Below, one piece after another: positions 1 through 9,266 of a DNA stretch of 64,000 bases. The notes beneath the pieces were generated by a model. The model saw only the letters and a list, made by a program, of their open reading frames with translations, had not been told where the DNA came from and did no database searches. The position numbers and the translations under genes were made by a program. The DNA lies in the NCBI GenBank assembly GCA_030019255.1, contig JASEFK010000001.1, positions 184,367 through 248,366 of the forward strand, written 5' to 3'. Every line of letters starts with the position of its first letter. Position 1 is the first letter of the stretch. The DNA is from Actinomycetota bacterium. Its GTDB lineage: Bacteria > Actinomycetota > Geothermincolia > Geothermincolales > RBG-13-55-18.

Positions 1-123
1 ATCCTCACCTGCGGGGACGAGTCCTACGAGCTCAAGGTGAACCAGCTGCGGAAGATATGAGATCGGGATGAGGGAGAGGGGGCGGCGGGGAGCCGCCCCC
101 TTTAAATTTCAGGAGGAAGAAGG

Positions 124-1281
124 ATGTTGAGGTTCCTGGATGCCGGTGAGTCACATGGATTTGGGATAATTACCATTGTGGAGGGCATGCCCATGGGAAT
201 TCCCGTGAGCCGTGAATTCCTCGAATCCGAACTGGCACGAAGGAGGTTGGGATACGGCAGGGGAGCCCGCATGTCCCTGGAAAAGGACAAGGTGGAGATA
301 CTGAGCGGGGTGAGAGGGGGACGTACCCTGGGAAGCCCGGTGGCCATGCTGGTTAGAAACGCTGAATATAAGAAGTGGATGAAGATAATGTCCCCCGGCG
401 GCGATGTGGAGGTCGAACCCCTCACCAGGCCTCGGCCCGGCCACGCCGATTTGGCGGGAGTGCTCAAGTACGGGACAAGGGATATAAGGGACATACTGGA
501 GCGTTCCTCGGCCCGGGAGACGGTGGGCAGGGTGTGCGCGGGTGCCCTGGCCAAGTCCCTCCTCGCCGGCTTCGACATTCACGTGCATTCCCACATCCTC
601 CAGGTGGGGGAGGTGAGGGTCCCGGACAGGAAGGCCTTGCCGCGACGGGAGGAGATGGCGGGCGCCGACGGCGACCCCCTGCGCTGCCTTGATCCGGAAG
701 CGTCGCGACGTATGCGCGAGGAAGTGGACCGCGCCCGACGGGAGGGCGACACCCTGGGTGGCGTTTTCGAGGTGGTGGCCTACGGGGTTCCAGCCGGCCT
801 GGGGAGCCACGTGCACTGGGACCGGAGGCTGGACGCGCGCCTGGCGGCCGCGGTCATGTCCATCCAGGGCGTAAAAGGAGTGGAGATCGGGGAGGGTTTC
901 CGGCTGGCGGGCCTGCGGGGCTCCAGGGCGGCAGACCCCATCTGTCATTCCCGCAGGAGGGGGTTTTACCGGCCGACCAACCGCGCCGGAGGGCTGGAAG
1001 GGGGGATGACCAACGGTGAGCCGGTGGTGGTCAGGGCGGCAATGAAGCCCATCCCCACCCTGGCCTCCCCCCCAGAGACCGTGGACCTATTGACCAAGGA
1101 GAGGGTGCGGGCGGCCGTAGAGAGGGCCGATGTGTGCGCCGTTCCGGCGGCGGCGGTGATCGCCGAAGCGGCGCTAGCCTTCGTACTCGCCGACGCCCTG
1201 CTGGAGAAACTCGGCGGCGACAGCCTGCAGGAATTGGAGGTCCGTTTCCGGGAACTTGTCAGGCGCCACAGGTCCTTTTAA
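124..1281 (+). CDS. aroC: Chorismate synthase
   Basis: 385-aa ORF. N-terminal MLRFLDAGESHGFG motif and overall similarity to the chorismate synthase family. AGGAGG RBS at 110-118. Confidence 0.9.
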   Translation: MLRFLDAGESHGFGIITIVEGMPMGIPVSREFLESELARRRLGYGRGARMSLEKDKVEILSGVRGGRTLGSPVAMLVRNAEYKKWMKIMSPGGDVEVEPLTRPRPGHADLAGVLKYGTRDIRDILERSSARETVGRVCAGALAKSLLAGFDIHVHSHILQVGEVRVPDRKALPRREEMAGADGDPLRCLDPEASRRMREEVDRARREGDTLGGVFEVVAYGVPAGLGSHVHWDRRLDARLAAAVMSIQGVKGVEIGEGFRLAGLRGSRAADPICHSRRRGFYRPTNRAGGLEGGMTNGEPVVVRAAMKPIPTLASPPETVDLLTKERVRAAVERADVCAVPAAAVIAEAALAFVLADALLEKLGGDSLQELEVRFRELVRRHRSF

Positions 1282-1471
1282 GGGGTAGGCCTTCAACTGT
1301 CCTTCAACTGTTATGGATACTGGTAATCACGGGAAGATGACCAAGGAAATAATGTATTACCGGGGAGCTATCCGCGGAGGGATTGGCTCGCATGACCATG
1401 AACACCTTGCGTAATGGTAAGTGTCCTACGCGGAACGCTCGCGGAAAGGGAAAGGTGGGATGTAAGGAGAG

Positions 1472-1981
1472 GTGAAGAACCTGACCCTCATCGGTTTCAT
1501 GGGAGCGGGGAAAAGCGCGGTGGGAAGCCTCCTGGCCCATAGGCTGAAGATGGGATTCGTGGATCTCGACGAGGCCATCTCCAGGGAAGCGGGCATGAGC
1601 GTGGAGGAGATCTTCGAGCGCGAAGGGGAAGAGGGGTTTCGCGATCGGGAGAGCCGGGCCCTGCGCGAGGAATTGCAGCAGGAGGGGATAGTGCTGGCCT
1701 GCGGCGGGGGCATCGTCGTCCGCCCCGAGAACGTGAGGCTCCTGCGAGATAGATGCACCGTGTTCTACCTGCGAGCGAGCAGGGACAGCATCCTGCGGCG
1801 CGTGGGTGGAGGGGAGGGACGACCCCTCCTGGCGGGTGGGCGAGTGGCGGAGCGGGTGGAGGAGCTCCTCTCCCGGAGGGAGGAGGCCTATCGCCAGGCC
1901 GCCCATTACGTGGTGGACACCGACGGCCGCTCGGTGGAGGAAGTGGTGGAGGAAATAGCGGGGATATGGTTGCGGAACTGA
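1472..1981 (+). CDS. aroK: Shikimate kinase
   Basis: 169 aa. P-loop LIGFMGAGKS and the shikimate kinase fold pattern. GTG start preceded by a TAAGGAGAG RBS. The 3' end overlaps the aroB start. Confidence 0.85.
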   Translation: MKNLTLIGFMGAGKSAVGSLLAHRLKMGFVDLDEAISREAGMSVEEIFEREGEEGFRDRESRALREELQQEGIVLACGGGIVVRPENVRLLRDRCTVFYLRASRDSILRRVGGGEGRPLLAGGRVAERVEELLSRREEAYRQAAHYVVDTDGRSVEEVVEEIAGIWLRN

Positions 1982-3090
1982 TGGTCCGGGCGGGAGGGAA
2001 GGAATATCCCATCTCGGTGGGGCGGGGAATTTACGGACGCGTGCTTCCGGAGGCACTCCGCCGCCTCGCCCCCGCACGGGTGGCGGTAGTAACCCATCCA
2101 ACCCTGCGGGAGGGATACGGCCAGATCCTGGAGGAGGCCATCCAGGCAGGGTTATCCGGAGAGGCACGTGTGGCCTGGTTCACCTTTCCCGAGGGCGAGG
2201 AGAACAAGAACCTCCGCGTGGTGGAGGAGGGATACCGCCACCTCATCCGGGAGGGATTCACCCGGGAGGACCTGGTGGTGGCCTTCGGAGGTGGTGTGGT
2301 GGGTGACCTGGCCGGTTTCCTGTCCGCCACCTACATGCGGGGGGTCCGCTACCTGCAGCTTCCCACCACCCTGATGTCCATGGTGGATTCGAGCATCGGA
2401 GGGAAGACGGGGGTGGACCTCCTAGAGGGGAAGAACGCCGTGGGTTGTTTCCATCAGCCCGAGGCGGTGATAGCCGACGTCTCGGTGCTGGAGACCCTTC
2501 CGGAGAGGGAGTTGTTGAGCGGGCTGGCCGAGGTGGCCAAGTACGGTTTCCTCTACGACCGGGAGATCCTCCAGGAGATGGAGGGCTGGCCGGAGGGGAG
2601 GCCACCGCAGGGATACGATTTCACCTCCCTGGTGCGCCGCTGTGCGGAGCACAAGGTGAAGGCGGTGGAGGCGGACGAGAGGGACCTGAAGGGAGTACGC
2701 GCCTTCCTCAACTACGGGCATACCTTCGGCCACGCCCTGGAGGCGGCTGCCGGATACCGGCTGCTGCGCCACGGCGAGGCGGTGGCCCTGGGGATGATCA
2801 TGGCCTCCCGGCTGGCGGAGCGGAGCGGCCTGTCCCGAACCCCCCTGGAGGAGGGACACCTCCGCGTGCTCCTCCCCCTCCTGCAGTATATTCCTTCCGC
2901 CCTGGAGGTCTCCGCCCAGGAGGTCCTGGGTTTCATGGAGGCGGACAAGAAGCGGGGGCGGGCGATCCGTTTCGTGCTTCTCAGGGATTGGCAGTCCCCG
3001 GTTCTGGTGGACTCACCCCCGGTGGAGCTGGTGAGGGAGGCGGTGGGAAAGACCCTGGAGGACTTGCGCGGATGGATGGGATACCCCTAA
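1966..3090 (+). CDS. aroB: 3-dehydroquinate synthase
   Basis: The internal ATG at 1966 gives about 374 aa (MVAELMV...). DHQ synthase motifs are present (GGGVVGDLAGF, Gly-rich NAD site, HTFGHALE). The upstream part of the track ORF (1753-1965) is a low-complexity read-through. Confidence 0.85.
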   Translation: MVAELMVRAGGKEYPISVGRGIYGRVLPEALRRLAPARVAVVTHPTLREGYGQILEEAIQAGLSGEARVAWFTFPEGEENKNLRVVEEGYRHLIREGFTREDLVVAFGGGVVGDLAGFLSATYMRGVRYLQLPTTLMSMVDSSIGGKTGVDLLEGKNAVGCFHQPEAVIADVSVLETLPERELLSGLAEVAKYGFLYDREILQEMEGWPEGRPPQGYDFTSLVRRCAEHKVKAVEADERDLKGVRAFLNYGHTFGHALEAAAGYRLLRHGEAVALGMIMASRLAERSGLSRTPLEEGHLRVLLPLLQYIPSALEVSAQEVLGFMEADKKRGRAIRFVLLRDWQSPVLVDSPPVELVREAVGKTLEDLRGWMGYP

Positions 3091-3170
3091 CCGTTGCTCG
3101 TGGGCGTGGCCGAAGACGGGTGAGGGGAGGGAATATCATTTAATGTATCCTGAAAGGAGGTAGGTCGAGC

Positions 3171-3605
3171 ATGCCTCTTATCGCCGTGGTCAACGGCCCC
3201 AACCTCAACCTGCTCGGGGAACGGGACCCGGAGATATACGGGACGATCGGCTGGGAGGAAGTCAGGGACGCACTCCGGGAAAGGGCGGCCGAGATGGGGG
3301 TGGAGCTGGAGTTTTTCCAGAGCAACCACGAAGGGGCCATCATCGATTACCTGCAGGGCCTGCGGGGTCGCGCCGCCGGCCTGGTAATCAACCCCGGGGC
3401 CCTGACCCATTACGGATACTCTCTGCGGGACGCCCTGGCGGACCTGGACATCCCAGCCATCGAGGTGCACCTAAGCAACATCTTCGCCCGGGAGGAATGG
3501 AGGGCACGTTCGGTGGTCTCCCCGGTGGTCAGAGGAGTGATAAGCGGCCTGGGGACGGAGGGATACCTGAGCGCCGTGAGAATTATGGCGGAGTGGGTGC
3601 GATAA
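3171..3605 (+). CDS. aroQ: 3-dehydroquinate dehydratase, type II
   Basis: 144 aa. MPLIAVVNGPNLNLLGERDPEIYG is the canonical type II DHQase N-terminus. HLSNIFAREEWR motif. Confidence 0.9.
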   Translation: MPLIAVVNGPNLNLLGERDPEIYGTIGWEEVRDALRERAAEMGVELEFFQSNHEGAIIDYLQGLRGRAAGLVINPGALTHYGYSLRDALADLDIPAIEVHLSNIFAREEWRARSVVSPVVRGVISGLGTEGYLSAVRIMAEWVR

Positions 3606-3711
3606 AAGCGTCGGGTTGCGGGGCTTACCCGGATGACGAGTTTTCTCACACCTTTCGGTATATGGCAAAGAAATGACAGGCGTACCGGGGGTTGTAACAG
3701 GATCGTAACAT

Positions 3712-3730
3712 GGTTAATCGATAATTAACC
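3712..3730. promoter_or_regulatory. Perfect 7-5-7 inverted repeat GGTTAAT-CGATA-ATTAACC in the AT-rich region upstream of the pilin genes. Candidate operator.
   Basis: Read directly from the sequence. Flanked by a GTAACA-N5-GTAACA direct repeat at 3693-3709. Sits in a 240-bp AT-rich intergenic region between aroQ and the first pilin gene. Confidence 0.4.
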
Positions 3731-3848
3731 CCGGGTTACCGTCGGGTGTGTTAAGGTCGGAAAGGAAAGCATCGATTATGTAAATAAGAAATGGATAAAC
3801 ACGAGTGAGTCGCAATGAATTGTTGATCGCCCGTGGCGGGGTGAGAAA

Positions 3849-4394
3849 ATGAGGCTTCTGCAAAACATCCTCGGAGATGATTACCCGGAAGACCAGGCGG
3901 GGTTTACCCTCATAGAGTTATCCATCATCGTGGTTATCCTGGGCATCGTGCTCACCCTGGCGGTCGTCAATTACGCCAATACCAGCAGGTCCATGGCCTT
4001 GAAGGGGGCCCAGAGGCAGGTGGAAGCGGCCCTCACCCGGGCCATGAACGCGGCACGCCAGGAAAATGTCGCTTACCGGTTGATCTTTTATCCTCAGTCG
4101 GACGCTGCCCACCCGAACTCCTACGAGTTCCTTCACCGGGTGGAAAGTGCCGGCAACTGGAACCTGGAGCCGGTGGACAGGTCGGTGAGTGGGGAAGAGG
4201 TCACGGAGGACGCGGGCCATTACTACATAGAGGTTTCCAACGGTGTGAAAATCTTGAACGATACGGCAACGGTCATCGATTTCGTCCCCCGGGGAACCAC
4301 CCAGACCGTTACTCCCGCCACCATCACCCTGGGGCTGGGTGGATCCACCATCAGCGTGGTCCTTGATGCGCAAGGAAGAATAAATCCGCAATAA
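3849..4394 (+). CDS. Type IV pilin / pseudopilin (prepilin-type N-terminal cleavage/methylation domain)
   Basis: 181 aa. N-terminal G-FTLIELSIIVVILGIV is the class III signal (G|FTLIE) followed by a hydrophobic helix. GC is lower than in the flanking genes. Confidence 0.6.
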   Translation: MRLLQNILGDDYPEDQAGFTLIELSIIVVILGIVLTLAVVNYANTSRSMALKGAQRQVEAALTRAMNAARQENVAYRLIFYPQSDAAHPNSYEFLHRVESAGNWNLEPVDRSVSGEEVTEDAGHYYIEVSNGVKILNDTATVIDFVPRGTTQTVTPATITLGLGGSTISVVLDAQGRINPQ

Positions 4395-4398
4395 TGTT

Positions 4399-6792
4399 TT
4401 GCAGGCTTGGAGAGGTGGAGAGTGCGAGATGTGGCTGCGAAGGAAATTGGATAACCAAGAGGGTTTTTCACTGGCCGAGATGCTGGTGGCCGGCCTGATA
4501 ATAGTGGTGGGACTCATCCCCATCATCCGCATGTTCGACGCTTCCTTTTCGGGAATGAGGGCCTTCGAGAAGATGCAGAAGAGCGTGAGCTGCGCCCAGG
4601 CCGCCCTGGAAAAAATTCGCTCCATGCCTTTTTATGAACCCCATAAGGATACCGATGTGAACTTGAATTTCGACATCGACGATCATTTCTGGGGCAGTAG
4701 AAGTCCCATAACCAGCAATCCGGCGGATGGGGAAGGAAAACCGGATTGGAGCGCCGTTCCCGAGGTCACCTACTTCAACTACGGCGGTTTCCCGGGATAC
4801 GAACCCTACCGGGTGACGGTCCAGCTCTCCTATCTCGAGGACGACACGGGCGTGGCGGTGATGAAAAGCGACTGGGGGCCTAAAACGGTGGGGAAAGACC
4901 GGCCCACTAACAGCGACAACCAGGTCATCCACCTACTGTTGGTTAAAGTGAACGTTTACTGGCAGTCGGGGGATGGAGAGGACAGTTACGTGCTGCAGAG
5001 CATCATCACCGACACCGAGGCCATCTACAACATCGGTATATCCAGGATCGTCGTCACCGGGCCGGACTCCATAAGGGATGCTACCAAGCCCAACGCCGCC
5101 GCTCACTGGTCCGATCCCAATGTGAACGTGAACGTGAGGATTGAGGGCTGGGGCTTTGATGACCTGAACGACGCCAACGGAAGAGCCCAGGCCTGGCTGG
5201 TCAGGGACAAGTACGAGGATATCCCCATCACCATCACCTCGTGGACACCCACGGTGCTCGAGGGCTGGACGACCCTTTATACGGGACATAACGAAACGAA
5301 CAATCCGTGGAGGCCCAAGGCGGCCATCGGCTTCTGGTCGGTGAAGGTACGCCAGGAGGGGGTAATCTCCGCCTACCTGTATGAAGGATTCATAGTCCAA
5401 TACCCCAAGCCGGTTATCGACGATTTCGGAAATGATCCCGATTACAGCAAGACCGGCCCCAATTATTGGAATGCGGCCGTGCTGAAGATTAGGGGTGGGC
5501 CTTTCTGCTTCCCGGTGGAATACCCGGCGGTGAGGCTGATCAAGGTGGACAATGAGGGCAACGTCGAACACCAGATTAATGGAACGGTCACCGCGGTAAG
5601 CGCGCCGGATGGGTCCTACGGTTATGCGTCCAGCCCCGCTTGCGAGATCACGGCCACCTTCGACTTTACCGGCGCTCCGCCCGGTGAATATCACATGCAG
5701 GTGGTGAACACCAAGGAACCCACCATGATCGGACACGTGGCCTCGGATCTCTCCAGCGCGGTATACGTGATCGAGGAGGCCATACCCGAGGTATACGACG
5801 TTTACGTCTACGGTACCGGTTCCCACCAGGCGTATAACAACATGGGGAATCCCTGGAGGCTGGTCTTCGAAGGGAAATATTTCAACATGCAGGGGACTCC
5901 CCCGGTGGAGGTATACCTGTGCAGCGACGTGGTCAACGGACAACCTGCCGGGAATTATGTTCAGGGAACCGTTGTGCAGGTCATGAACTATACCTACGTG
6001 ATCGCCGACTTCAACCTCTCCGCCCTGCCGGAGGGCTGGTACAAAGGTTATGTTAAGAACCTGAACAACAACCAGTCCGGATGGACCGTAGGTTCGCCCT
6101 TCCAGGTGGTGGCCTTCAATGCCAGTATAGGCGGGTTTGTGCCCGACAACGGCTACAATTTCTACGAGAACTACTACGACATACCCTGCAAGATCACCGG
6201 GAACGGCTTTTCCGCCACCTCGGGGGTTTCCATCACCGACGGTTCGGTGGAATACAGCCTGGCGGGCGAGTACACCGTCACCAACGATAACGAGATAAGG
6301 GTGAACCTCAACCTCATCGGTTGCGACAACACCCATAACTGGAAGGTGAGAGTATACTTCGGAAGTTATTATATCGAAAAGGAGTTCGACGTCATACTGG
6401 GGCCTGCCAAGATACTCCCCCCCAGCGACACCAAGTATGCCTTAGCCATTTACGCCGAGAGGTGGTATTCAGGTAGCGAATGGCATTATGAGACCACTTC
6501 AACCAGGGCATATGCCTGGAGGAGTTATTGGTATGGGGCCGGTTACGCGACCTTCCGGGTGAGGGGGATGGGATTCCCCATGAATGGGCAAACAAACTTA
6601 AGAGTATGGGGTAGTGGTCTGGACGTAAATGGCAATTTTAATTGCACTTACGATCGGACCAACAAGATTGTACAGATTCAGTCCTCTAGATGGACCATGC
6701 CGGGCGCTACAGGTCTTTACAACATAGAGGTCTATAGGGTTGGCGATACTATTAAGGATACCTACACGGGAAGATGGGAGCTGAGGAGTTAA
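4399..6792 (+). CDS. Large pilin-like protein (prepilin-type N-terminus, ~750-aa aromatic/Asn-rich C-terminal region)
   Basis: 797 aa. N-terminal ...NQEG|FSLAEMLVAGLIIVVGLIPII prepilin motif, possibly starting at ATG 4429. The rest is W/Y/N/G-rich and predicted beta-rich. Lower GC than the flanking genes. Confidence 0.55.
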   Translation: MQAWRGGECEMWLRRKLDNQEGFSLAEMLVAGLIIVVGLIPIIRMFDASFSGMRAFEKMQKSVSCAQAALEKIRSMPFYEPHKDTDVNLNFDIDDHFWGSRSPITSNPADGEGKPDWSAVPEVTYFNYGGFPGYEPYRVTVQLSYLEDDTGVAVMKSDWGPKTVGKDRPTNSDNQVIHLLLVKVNVYWQSGDGEDSYVLQSIITDTEAIYNIGISRIVVTGPDSIRDATKPNAAAHWSDPNVNVNVRIEGWGFDDLNDANGRAQAWLVRDKYEDIPITITSWTPTVLEGWTTLYTGHNETNNPWRPKAAIGFWSVKVRQEGVISAYLYEGFIVQYPKPVIDDFGNDPDYSKTGPNYWNAAVLKIRGGPFCFPVEYPAVRLIKVDNEGNVEHQINGTVTAVSAPDGSYGYASSPACEITATFDFTGAPPGEYHMQVVNTKEPTMIGHVASDLSSAVYVIEEAIPEVYDVYVYGTGSHQAYNNMGNPWRLVFEGKYFNMQGTPPVEVYLCSDVVNGQPAGNYVQGTVVQVMNYTYVIADFNLSALPEGWYKGYVKNLNNNQSGWTVGSPFQVVAFNASIGGFVPDNGYNFYENYYDIPCKITGNGFSATSGVSITDGSVEYSLAGEYTVTNDNEIRVNLNLIGCDNTHNWKVRVYFGSYYIEKEFDVILGPAKILPPSDTKYALAIYAERWYSGSEWHYETTSTRAYAWRSYWYGAGYATFRVRGMGFPMNGQTNLRVWGSGLDVNGNFNCTYDRTNKIVQIQSSRWTMPGATGLYNIEVYRVGDTIKDTYTGRWELRS

Positions 6793-7397
6793 TGGCGGTG
6801 GCAAAAAAAACGCGCAACTTCCGGGAGAGGATGCGGAAAGAACCCGTTCTCCGAATAGTGCCTGGAGAGGCGGGATTTACCCTCGCTGAACTTATGGTGG
6901 TTATCGGCATCCTGATCATCTTCCTCATCGGGGTGGCGGGAATGTTGGAATCCGGCGCCGACAGCTCAACCACCCAGTATGTTCTGGCCCGGATAGAAGA
7001 GGATGCAGGAAAAGTACTGGACACCATGACCCGCCAGATCAGGGTGGCCACGACCATCAATCCCTTCAGCACCAACAGCACCCTTATATTCTCGGGCGAC
7101 CTGGATGGGAGCGGAACTGTTCAGGCCATGGTCTTTACCGTTTCTGGCGGGAAGCTCATGCGGGGCTCCGACCCGAATAACCTCCAAGCATGGGTGGATG
7201 GGGTGGAGAGCATAACCTTTACCTATCATCGATTCAATCCTGTCACCAAGGCGATGGAGGAGATCACCCCGGGAACAGCTGGTTGGAACACCCTCGTGGA
7301 CCGCGTGGATATCGCCATCCGATTCTCTCGCCGGGCGGGAAAGATAAACCTGCAGAGGGACTATACCGGTAGCGTGACCCTGCGCAACAATTTGTGA
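6792..7397 (+). CDS. Pseudopilin / minor pilin (prepilin-type N-terminus)
   Basis: G|FTLAELMVVIGILIIFLIGVAG motif after a basic leader. ATG 6792 overlaps the stop of the previous gene (TAATG). The alternative start is 6774. Confidence 0.55.
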   Translation: MAVAKKTRNFRERMRKEPVLRIVPGEAGFTLAELMVVIGILIIFLIGVAGMLESGADSSTTQYVLARIEEDAGKVLDTMTRQIRVATTINPFSTNSTLIFSGDLDGSGTVQAMVFTVSGGKLMRGSDPNNLQAWVDGVESITFTYHRFNPVTKAMEEITPGTAGWNTLVDRVDIAIRFSRRAGKINLQRDYTGSVTLRNNL

Positions 7398-7413
7398 CGG
7401 TTTCTTTAAGGAT

Positions 7414-8943
7414 GTGGGTGTGATGAACGGCATAAAAAAGAGGGCGCGAAAGGTGATGCGCAGGTTGGGAAAGAAGGCATGGGCCACCTTCCTCGGGCCC
7501 AAGGATGAGGGTTTCGCCATCGTCATCGTCCTGGTGGCCCTGACCATGCTCTCCATCCTGGGCGCCGCCAGCCTCCTGCTCATGGTCTCCGCCCTGCAGG
7601 GCGCGGTCAACGCCAGACCGGAGGATAAAGCCTTCCAAGTTGCTGAATCCGCTCTATATCTCGCTCACGCCAAAATAGTCAACAACGAGATAACCGGGGG
7701 GACCGTTTACACTTATTCGGGCGAGCTTCTCGGTGGGAGTTACCAGCTGGAGATCCAGCCGGTTGCGGGCACCTACAACTACATCGTAACCGCTACGGGG
7801 TCTTACGTAGAGAGGGGCACCACCTACCGACGCAGGATAAGGGAGGAAGTCATCTACAGTGGCCTGCAGGCCTTCGACGTGATGAAGAACTATCTCCTGT
7901 TCGCGGGAAACGATGTAAACATAAGAGCTGACGAAACCATCAACGCGGGCGCGCCCATCACCATCAATGCAGGTGGGGGCGGCTCCCTGGGGGGCGGCAT
8001 TCGAGCCGAACGGGACGTGAATATCACCGTGACTCCCGTTGTCAGCCTGGGCGACGGGTTGACCATAAACGGCGACATCGAGGCCAAGAGAAAGCTTTAC
8101 GTGCATGTGGGACCGCGCTGGTTTGGATCGGTCAACGCCAGGCTTTACGGGAACATCAAGACCGGGGATAAATCCACCGGACAAAAGGGTACCGTGGAGC
8201 TGTGGGCGGACGGCATAGCCCAGCTCTTCCCGCCCGCCTTTTCCTTGGCTTACATATATGCGGCCACCACTGGTTCCATAAATTGGAGTCTTTATGCCGG
8301 GACCCTTATAAAAACGGTGGACAAACTCTTCGGGTGGGACCTGGGGGCCATCTATACCCCGCCGGGGGCGCCGATCCAACAGGCCGCTTGCGATAAAGTA
8401 TATGTGCCGGAGCCCAACTTCGAGTACTACCGCGCTCTAGCCCAGCAGCAGGGAAATTTCTTCATCGGCGACAAGACCTTCAGCGGCAACCTAAGTACCT
8501 ACGGTACGTCCTCGGTGACCGTCATCTATTGCACCGGGAATCTCACTCTCAACGGCGTGGCCTGGGACGTGCCGAATATGAAGGGTATATTCGTCTGCGA
8601 GGGAAGCTTCACTGCCAACAACCGTCTACAATTCAATTCCAACTCCAAGTTTCAGGTCATCAGCAAAGGGGACATAACCTTCAACAACGACTGGTCTTTC
8701 CTTGGATGGGGTTCCACAAACGAGTATTTCTTCTGGGCGGGAAAGGATATAAACGTGGACCTGGGAATGTTCAACAATCAATATTGCCAGATGACCGCCC
8801 TGCACGATATCAATATCTTCAGCTCGGAAAACCTTTTTGCCACCTGCACCATCAATTACCGCGCCCCGGACGTGGATGTGGCCGGTTTCCCCATCGAGCT
8901 CACGGTTATAAACTGGAGGGAGATCAGCCTGGACCAGGAATGA
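7414..8943 (+). CDS. PilX-N-like minor pilin / pilus assembly protein
   Basis: 509 aa. Basic leader, then EGFAIVIVLVALTMLSILGAASLLLMVSALQGA, resembling the PilX N-terminal domain family. Gly/Asn-rich C-terminus. Confidence 0.5.
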   Translation: MGVMNGIKKRARKVMRRLGKKAWATFLGPKDEGFAIVIVLVALTMLSILGAASLLLMVSALQGAVNARPEDKAFQVAESALYLAHAKIVNNEITGGTVYTYSGELLGGSYQLEIQPVAGTYNYIVTATGSYVERGTTYRRRIREEVIYSGLQAFDVMKNYLLFAGNDVNIRADETINAGAPITINAGGGGSLGGGIRAERDVNITVTPVVSLGDGLTINGDIEAKRKLYVHVGPRWFGSVNARLYGNIKTGDKSTGQKGTVELWADGIAQLFPPAFSLAYIYAATTGSINWSLYAGTLIKTVDKLFGWDLGAIYTPPGAPIQQAACDKVYVPEPNFEYYRALAQQQGNFFIGDKTFSGNLSTYGTSSVTVIYCTGNLTLNGVAWDVPNMKGIFVCEGSFTANNRLQFNSNSKFQVISKGDITFNNDWSFLGWGSTNEYFFWAGKDINVDLGMFNNQYCQMTALHDINIFSSENLFATCTINYRAPDVDVAGFPIELTVINWREISLDQE

Positions 8944-9266
8944 ACCCCGGCGCAACCCTTTCAGAGGTCCCAGCGATCGGGAACCAAGAATAGGAAAGGG
9001 TTGTGAAAAGCGAGCATCGTTTAAATGGCCTGTTCCCACGCCATTTCTTATTTAGGGTTCGCAGCTTGATGAATGGAAGGTATGGCCATTCAGTCTCCCC
9101 GAATCGATTCCCGCTCCCTTGGAACTTTTCCATCTGGAACGACGAGAGATACTGATCCGGGGCCGGGTGTTGCCATATTCCTGGAGGGGTTCGGGCATCT
9201 TGTTTTGCGCAGTCCCGTTCGCTTTAATGGGGCTGGTCGAAAGAACCTTACGAGGACAGGTGGGAA

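Noticed and set aside
4933-6336. 467-aa ORF on the minus strand
   Set aside because: Entirely antisense to the large pilin-like gene. Gly/Val/His-rich low-complexity translation typical of an antisense GC-rich frame. No motifs.
8953-9003. Inverted repeat CAACCCTTTC...GAAAGGGTTG downstream of the PilX-like gene
   Set aside because: 10-bp stem but a 31-nt loop and no U-tract. Unlikely to be an efficient intrinsic terminator. Possibly incidental.
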